Translations under genes and position numbers: made by a program
Notes under the pieces: model-generated
The model's input: the letters and a program-made list of their open reading frames with translations, nothing else
Database searches by the model: none
Told to the model about the DNA's origin: nothing
Part shown: positions 58,330-64,000 of the stretch, piece after piece
Position numbering within the stretch: position 1 is the first letter of the stretch
Layout of the letters: the number at the start of each line of letters is the position of its first letter
DNA from: Treponemataceae bacterium
Lineage (GTDB): Bacteria > Spirochaetota > Spirochaetia > Treponematales > Rectinemataceae
Direction: 5' to 3'
Assembly (NCBI GenBank): GCA_963677895.2
Contig: CAXXGJ010000025.1
Coordinates: 160,001 to 224,000 of the forward strand
DNA: 64,000 nucleotides

Positions 58330-59616
58330 CTACCGCTCCCTATCGTAATAGTGAGCCAAGTTCAGTTTTTGGATAAGAATGTCGTATTCGATCTTCTGAG
58401 CGTCTATTTTCTCTATGGAAAGATCGATCCGCGTTATCACGAGATCTTCCTCACTGGCGTATCCTCCATTGTAGAGCCGCTCTGTGATTGTCATATCCTC
58501 TTCCGCGTCGGCTATGTCGAGTTCCTTGATTTTTCTGTCCAATTCAAGCGATTTGAGGGTATCCTTGACTATTCTAATGCCATCCGTGAGTTCATCCCGG
58601 GCATCCTCGAGTTTGATCTTATAAATTGTTGGATACTCCTCTCGCTTTAACGCGTCCAAGGAGTTTTGGCCCTTGTTGAGGGCATCATAGGACAGCTTGA
58701 AGGACAGTCCCCAACCGACCTCATTCTTTTCCGTGTCGTAGTTCACGGAAGCGGTAATGCTGGGGTTCGGCAGATAGGGGAAGAGCGAAAAAGCCTTTCT
58801 CTTCTCCGCCGCGGCGAGGGAAAGCTCAAGAGCGCGTATCGTCAAGGTACTTTTAGGATCTTTCCCCTCGATTGCCGCAATCCATTCGGCTTGAAGCCGA
58901 AGGACATCCTCATAGAGGGCATCGGCGTTCTTTTTGATATCGTCATCCAGATTGTCTAAGGCGCTGGAAGCGGCGAGTATGGATTTTTGCGCTTCAAAAA
59001 GGCGCCTGTCCAACTCGCGGAGCAACGTTGTATCTATGGTCGCCTTTCTCACCTTTTCGAGGACCTGGAGATTTTCTTTGTTCGCCTCGAGGAGGCGCCG
59101 ATAATAAATCGCGTTGAGGATATCCGTAGCGAGCGCCGTGCGCACGGTATCCTCCGAGCTTTTTATCGCGGCACGCGCCGTCATGACGTTCGCCTCCGCC
59201 TCCATGCGATCCGCGCCCGTTTCCACGAAAAGCTTGCGGGTTAAGCTCAAGCTGGGACTCCCCAGGCTGATCTCGCCGGAAGTGGAGGCTTCCAAGGGTA
59301 CCTTAAGCGACAGATCGGCTCCGAAAAGGTTTTCCAGGGTCACGGAAGGGATCAGACTCCCCGCGATAAATCCATCGCTGCCGATACCCAGAAATTCGTC
59401 AGTATACGATGTGCCAGTACTTGTGGCGATGGATACGGCAGGAATATAAGGCTTCGTATAGTTATTTAAGGCGACCTCGGCGGATTTGAGATCGAGTCTC
59501 GACTCGAGGTAGGCCGCGGAAGCGTTCAAACGGGCCTTATAGATGTCGTCCCAGCCTTCCGCGGCTGCCGCCCAGGCGCTCAGGGCGAGAATAAGCACTA
59601 GGTAAAATCGTCGCAT
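58330..59616 (-). CDS. TolC-like exported coiled-coil protein
   Basis: Signal peptide, helical repeats with beta hairpins, RLYNGGYASEEDL; lies in the RND operon. Confidence 0.6.
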   Translation of the reverse strand: MRRFYLVLILALSAWAAAAEGWDDIYKARLNASAAYLESRLDLKSAEVALNNYTKPYIPAVSIATSTGTSYTDEFLGIGSDGFIAGSLIPSVTLENLFGADLSLKVPLEASTSGEISLGSPSLSLTRKLFVETGADRMEAEANVMTARAAIKSSEDTVRTALATDILNAIYYRRLLEANKENLQVLEKVRKATIDTTLLRELDRRLFEAQKSILAASSALDNLDDDIKKNADALYEDVLRLQAEWIAAIEGKDPKSTLTIRALELSLAAAEKRKAFSLFPYLPNPSITASVNYDTEKNEVGWGLSFKLSYDALNKGQNSLDALKREEYPTIYKIKLEDARDELTDGIRIVKDTLKSLELDRKIKELDIADAEEDMTITERLYNGGYASEEDLVITRIDLSIEKIDAQKIEYDILIQKLNLAHYYDRER

Positions 59617-59618
59617 AG

Positions 59619-60632
59619 TTAAATTCCTAAAGGGTTTTCTCCCATTGCGCTCAGGTAGGAGCCGATCGACTTAATGTAGCTCTTTTGAGAGGCGAGCAGG
59701 TTCACCCGGGCGGTGAGAACGGCGATCGCCTTTACGTTCTTATCACTCAGGGAGATCATTCCACTCTCGTATTGCCGCAAAGCATCCTGGTACGCGAGTT
59801 CCTCAAGGGAATATTCATCCGCCCTTATCTGAAGGAGGGTGGCCTGATTCTTGAGGGTGGAAAGGGAGCTTTCGTAAGCCCTTCTGGCATCGCTTTCCGC
59901 GTTCGATGCGGAAACTTTCGCTTTTTGGTTTTCCGTCTCTTGGATCCGTCTGTCGTAGACCGAAGTGTTTGTCGCGAGGGAGGCTGTCTTGAGCCCCTGG
60001 ATCTTTTGCGAAAGGAGAGCCATCTCATGCGTGAGATCCTTCGCGATCCAATCCTCCACTTTCGCGTTCGCCTCGAAGGAAGGTGTTTCCGGGATAAGGC
60101 TTGAGTTCCATTCCAATCCGGTGACGAGCCGGACGTTATCTTTGGCATCCTTCAAGGTCCAGGCGGACAATTCCTGATCGGTCGATGTCGTCTTGTAGGT
60201 GATATCGATCTCCTTGAAGATATCTTCGGAAATGAGGCCGTTCTTATACCGGGATTCGGCATACTTTTTATCTTCTTCAGCGTTCTGGAGGCTGAACCCG
60301 ATCGATTCGATGTCGAGTTCGGCGGTCGCCGCGGCGAACACCGCGTCGATCACCTCATTGTAGAAGCTCAGGACCGAGTTCCTATAGCCTGCCAAGGCCG
60401 AAACATAGGAGTACTGCGCGTTAACCCGATCCAGCTCGACCTTTGCCTCAATCTCACCCTTATTCTTCTTGAGCTGGGCAAGTTCGAGATCGATCTTGTA
60501 AATGGAATAATCCTGATTCGACTGGGTAGCTGCCGCGAACAGATCCTTGAGCGATTCCGCGGCTAAGGGGGAGGCGAAAGAGATCAACAAAAGCGCGAAC
60601 AGCGATCGAAAAAAAATGCTTCTAGATTTCAT
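59619..60632 (-). CDS. TolC-like exported coiled-coil protein (short)
   Basis: Signal peptide, RYKNGLISE and QYESGMISL OEP-type motifs. Confidence 0.6.
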   Translation of the reverse strand: MKSRSIFFRSLFALLLISFASPLAAESLKDLFAAATQSNQDYSIYKIDLELAQLKKNKGEIEAKVELDRVNAQYSYVSALAGYRNSVLSFYNEVIDAVFAAATAELDIESIGFSLQNAEEDKKYAESRYKNGLISEDIFKEIDITYKTTSTDQELSAWTLKDAKDNVRLVTGLEWNSSLIPETPSFEANAKVEDWIAKDLTHEMALLSQKIQGLKTASLATNTSVYDRRIQETENQKAKVSASNAESDARRAYESSLSTLKNQATLLQIRADEYSLEELAYQDALRQYESGMISLSDKNVKAIAVLTARVNLLASQKSYIKSIGSYLSAMGENPLGI

Positions 60633-60670
60633 GTTTTACTCCTTGCATGATAATGAAAAGCGATAGAAAA

Positions 60671-60970
60671 CTATCGCTCCCCGACGAAAGCGTCCGCTTC
60701 ATACTGGAAAACCTTTATGCCCTCCTTAGGAAAGGCTTTCTTGACTTCGCTCACAGCCTCATCGATCAGGAAAGCTTCATGTTTGTTTCCAAAGAGGATA
60801 TAGAGGATGTTCAACTCCGGCCAAATCGCGGTGCCATGGCGAACGCCGCTCCTTCCCCTTCCTTTCACATCCTCGACGAGGGAATAGCTGAAACCCGGAA
60901 TCCGCTTTTCTATCTCCTCGAAGATATCTTCCTCCACGGATCTGTTCGCGTAGATTTCAGTTCGTATCAT
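60671..60970 (-). CDS. PII-like transporter-associated protein (PG0541 family)
   Basis: VKGRGRSG.RHGTAIWPELN; overlaps the RND stop. Confidence 0.75.
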   Translation of the reverse strand: MIRTEIYANRSVEEDIFEEIEKRIPGFSYSLVEDVKGRGRSGVRHGTAIWPELNILYILFGNKHEAFLIDEAVSEVKKAFPKEGIKVFQYEADAFVGER

Positions 60971-63900
60971 CTTCCACCTCCATCGCGCCTTCCGCTCTGC
61001 GCCATTTCTCTACCTCCCTCTCTTTTTTCCTGTTCTTCTTCTCGCGCCTTTCGTTGAACAGCGAGTAGAGGACGGGGGTGAGGAAGAGGGTCATGATCGA
61101 GCTTATCAGCAGCCCGCCGAACATTGTCTTCGCTATCGGCTGGATACTTTCCGTCCCTTTGCCGGGAAAGAGGGCGAGGGGCATGATGCCGAGAATGGTG
61201 GTGAGCGTCGACATGAGAATGGGCCGCAGGCGGTGGCGGCCCGCTTCGCTGCAAGCCTCAAAGAGGCCGAGGCCGCGGGCCCTGAGCGTATTCGTATAAT
61301 CGACGAGGACTATGCCGTTGTTCACCACGACCCCCGCCAGCGCTACGACACCTATCAATGAGAAGAGTGAGAAAGAATCGTTCGTGAGCTTGTATATCCA
61401 AACAACCCCTATGAACATGAGGGGGATTGAAAAGAAGATGATGAGGGGGTCGATGAAGGATTCGAACTGGCTGGCCATGACGCCGTACACGAGGAAAACG
61501 GCGAGAAGGACAATCAGGATGAATACGGGCAGGTAAGTGCCCACGTCCATGTTTTCGCCCCCGAGAGATACCGTGACGTTTTCGCGGGGGATGTATTTTT
61601 CGTCCAATACCTTCTGCAATCTTTTCGCCGTTTCCGTCGAGGTGAGTTTGGATGAAGCGGGAAGGTCGCCCTCTACGTGGATTATCCTCTCCTTGTCCTC
61701 TCGATTGATCTGCTGAGGGGCTGTGCTGTTGGATATGGTCACGAAGGTGGAGACGGGTATCCTCGCCCCCGAAGCGCCGATGAGGAATATCGACTTGAGG
61801 TCGGAGAGAGTCTCCCTATCCTCCTGCCGGAGTCTGACCACGATGTCGATAGTCTCGCCGGCCGAGTCGTAGGTAGTGGCGGTCGTGCCGTAGACCGAAC
61901 TGCGTATCTCCTTCGCTATCTGGGAGACGGAGAAGCCGAACATAGCCGCCCTATCGCGGTCGATGCTGATGAGAAGTTCTGGCGACCCCTGTTCAAGGGA
62001 GATGCTGAGGTTCTCCACCTGAGGCAGTTCCGCGGCGATAATTCGCTTGATCTCTTTCGCCGCCTCGAGGGAAGTGTCCTGATCCTTCGAATGAATCTCC
62101 ACGTCGACAGCAGAACTTGAAGAGAATTAGCGACCCGCCGAGTAAGAGAAACTGGCGCCCGGAACGGATCCGATATAGGCGGCCAGCTTTGCCTTGATCG
62201 AGGAAGGCGTATCGATCTGATCTTTTGGATCGGGAAGCATGATTTCGAGCGAGCCTTCGCTGTTGGAAGACCCGCCGAAAAGACCGCTGCTCCCGACGGT
62301 GATGACGAGACTCTCGTACGCCTTCACATTTCCTTTAACGTAAGCCTGCAAATCCTCGAGAACTTTCTGGGTATGTTCTGCGGTCGTTCCAAGCGGCATG
62401 GTGAGATTCACCGTGAGCGTATCGTCGGTATTCGAGCGGGGGAAAAGATTCATGCCGAAGGCGGTCAACTGGAGAAGAGCGCTGGTGAGTATAACCGCCA
62501 CGAGGGTGACGATCAGTAATCGGTTCCTCAGGCAAAATTCGAGGGCCTTCTTGTAGCCCTTTTCCTGAGCCGCGAAGAAGGTCTCGAGCGTATCGTCGAT
62601 CTTTTTCAGGATCGGGTTTTTGAGAGGTTTCTGGACGCGGGTGTTGAGATGCATCACGGGACCGCAAAGCACGGGAACGATCGTCACCGCGACGACGAGG
62701 GATGAGGCGAGGGAGAAGCAAACCGTAAACACAAGGTCGCTAAAAAGCTGGCCCATCATTCCGAGCTTATTGCGGAACAGGATGATGGGGATAAACACGC
62801 AGAGCGTCGTCAAGGTCGAACCCATGATTGCCACGATCATCTCCTGGCTCCCAAGGATGGCCGCGATCCTGGGTTTGGTCCCCCGTTCCCGGTAACGGAA
62901 GATATTGTCCAGAATGACGATCGAAGCGTCGACGACCATGCCGAGCCCCATGATGAGCCCGGTGAGGCTTATCGTGTTGAGCGTAAGGCCCATGAAATAC
63001 ATGCAGAGTAAGGTGATGAGGATGCAGATGGGGATGGATATCCCTATGATAAAGGTAGCTTTGAGGTTCCTCAGATACAGCAACAGAATGAGCACGGCCA
63101 AGAGGATTCCCTGCCATGCCGAATTGTATACTTCTTTCAAGGTGGAGCTGACGAGAGTCGTGTCGTCCGACATGAACTCTACCGTCACCCCTTTGGGAAG
63201 GGACATATTGATGTCCGCGAGCGCGGCGTGAACATCGCGCGATATCTGGACCGCGTTGCTATCGCTTTCCCTCATTATCTGGACGTTTACGCCCTGCTTG
63301 CCGTCAATGTAGATAATCTTCGAAGGATCGTCCTGCGTTTCCTTGACATCGGCTATATCCTCGAGACGGAGCGCGCGATTACTCCCCGAAACGTCCGAAA
63401 CGTTAGTATCGATGATTAGGCTTTTCACCTCTTGGATAGATGAGAGCTTTTCGTGCGTGCGGATCTGATATTCCGTTGTGCCCCTGACGATATCTCCTCC
63501 GGAGAGGAGGATGTTCTGCGCCCCCAGGGCACTGGCCACCGCGGTGAGCGTCAATCCATGTGCGGCGAGGCGGTTCTGGGAGACCTCCACGGAAATGATC
63601 GTATCGCTCCCGCCGACGACGCTTGCCGTTGCCACGCCCTCTATCCTTTCGAGCTGGGGCTGTACCGTATCTTCGCCTATCACCTTGAGCTCTTCGAGGG
63701 AGCGATCGCCCATGATAGCCAGCTTGATGATCGGTTCCGAAGACATATCGAATTGCCTTATGGTCGGGGTATCGCAATCCTCCGGCAATCTATCCAGGAC
63801 GCCGTTTATCGTGGATTCGACCTCGTTCTGCGTCACATCGAGATCCACGTCATAGCCAAATTCGAGCATGATAAAGCTGGAATCCTGAGAAGAGGTTGAG

Positions 63901-64000
63901 GACATGGTCTCGAGCCCTTCGACGGATGAAAGCGCGTTCTCGAGAACCTTGGTGACGTTCTGTTCGACATCTTCCGGACCAGCGCCCGAATAGGTAGTGT
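60957..64000 (-). pseudogene. AcrB-type RND permease with an in-frame TAA at 62127-62129; 5' end outside the window
   Basis: YSGAGPEDVE, GMVVDASIV, QFESF.DP, VVNNGIVLVD, RLRPILM; both ORFs share one frame (AGR*FSSSSAVDVEI). Confidence 0.88.

Noticed and set aside
32566..62129. Stop-codon reassignment or readthrough to explain in-frame TAG/TAA at 32566, 37907, 38150 and 62127
   Set aside because: TAA and TAG end many intact genes here, and two of the affected genes also have frameshifts
1..64000. Defence systems, prophage, integrase, tRNA/rRNA, CRISPR
   Set aside because: No supporting motifs seen; the WYL gene is YafY-type with no adjacent defence genes

Overview
A 64-kb bacterial chromosomal window, probably from a high-GC anaerobic spirochaete (inferred from the M23-bactofilin-RicT synteny and the AcrB/PG0541/double-TolC cluster; not verified). 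1-4.3 kb: lower-GC yheO-ridA-dpp cluster. 4.3-29 kb: high-GC backbone with FadR/TRAP/IlvD, arfB, bcp, a WYL-GyrI pair, a PaaX-like regulator, a CdaR-GntP-TPR-glycerate kinase unit, aspS, a Tat-exported split-Soret-type cytochrome c with System II maturation genes, ricT/bactofilin/M23, htpG, rlmE and a PTS IIA. 29-54.5 kb: accessory region. It opens with a scar of four gene fragments and a triple-nested IS (IS3 in IS3 in IS630), then a two-component system with a DUF4405 operon and several decaying genes, then a 13.7-kb LysR-linked peptide uptake/hydrolase cluster. 54.5-64 kb: heterodimeric ABC exporter, two TolC-like proteins, a PII-like protein and a nonsense-interrupted RND pump. The best candidate for an undescribed system is the hydrolase cluster: both M20 paralogues and the M14/ASPA enzyme carry non-canonical residues at metal-ligand positions. 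No rRNA, tRNA or CRISPR array was seen. All calls come from motif recognition by eye; no searches were run.
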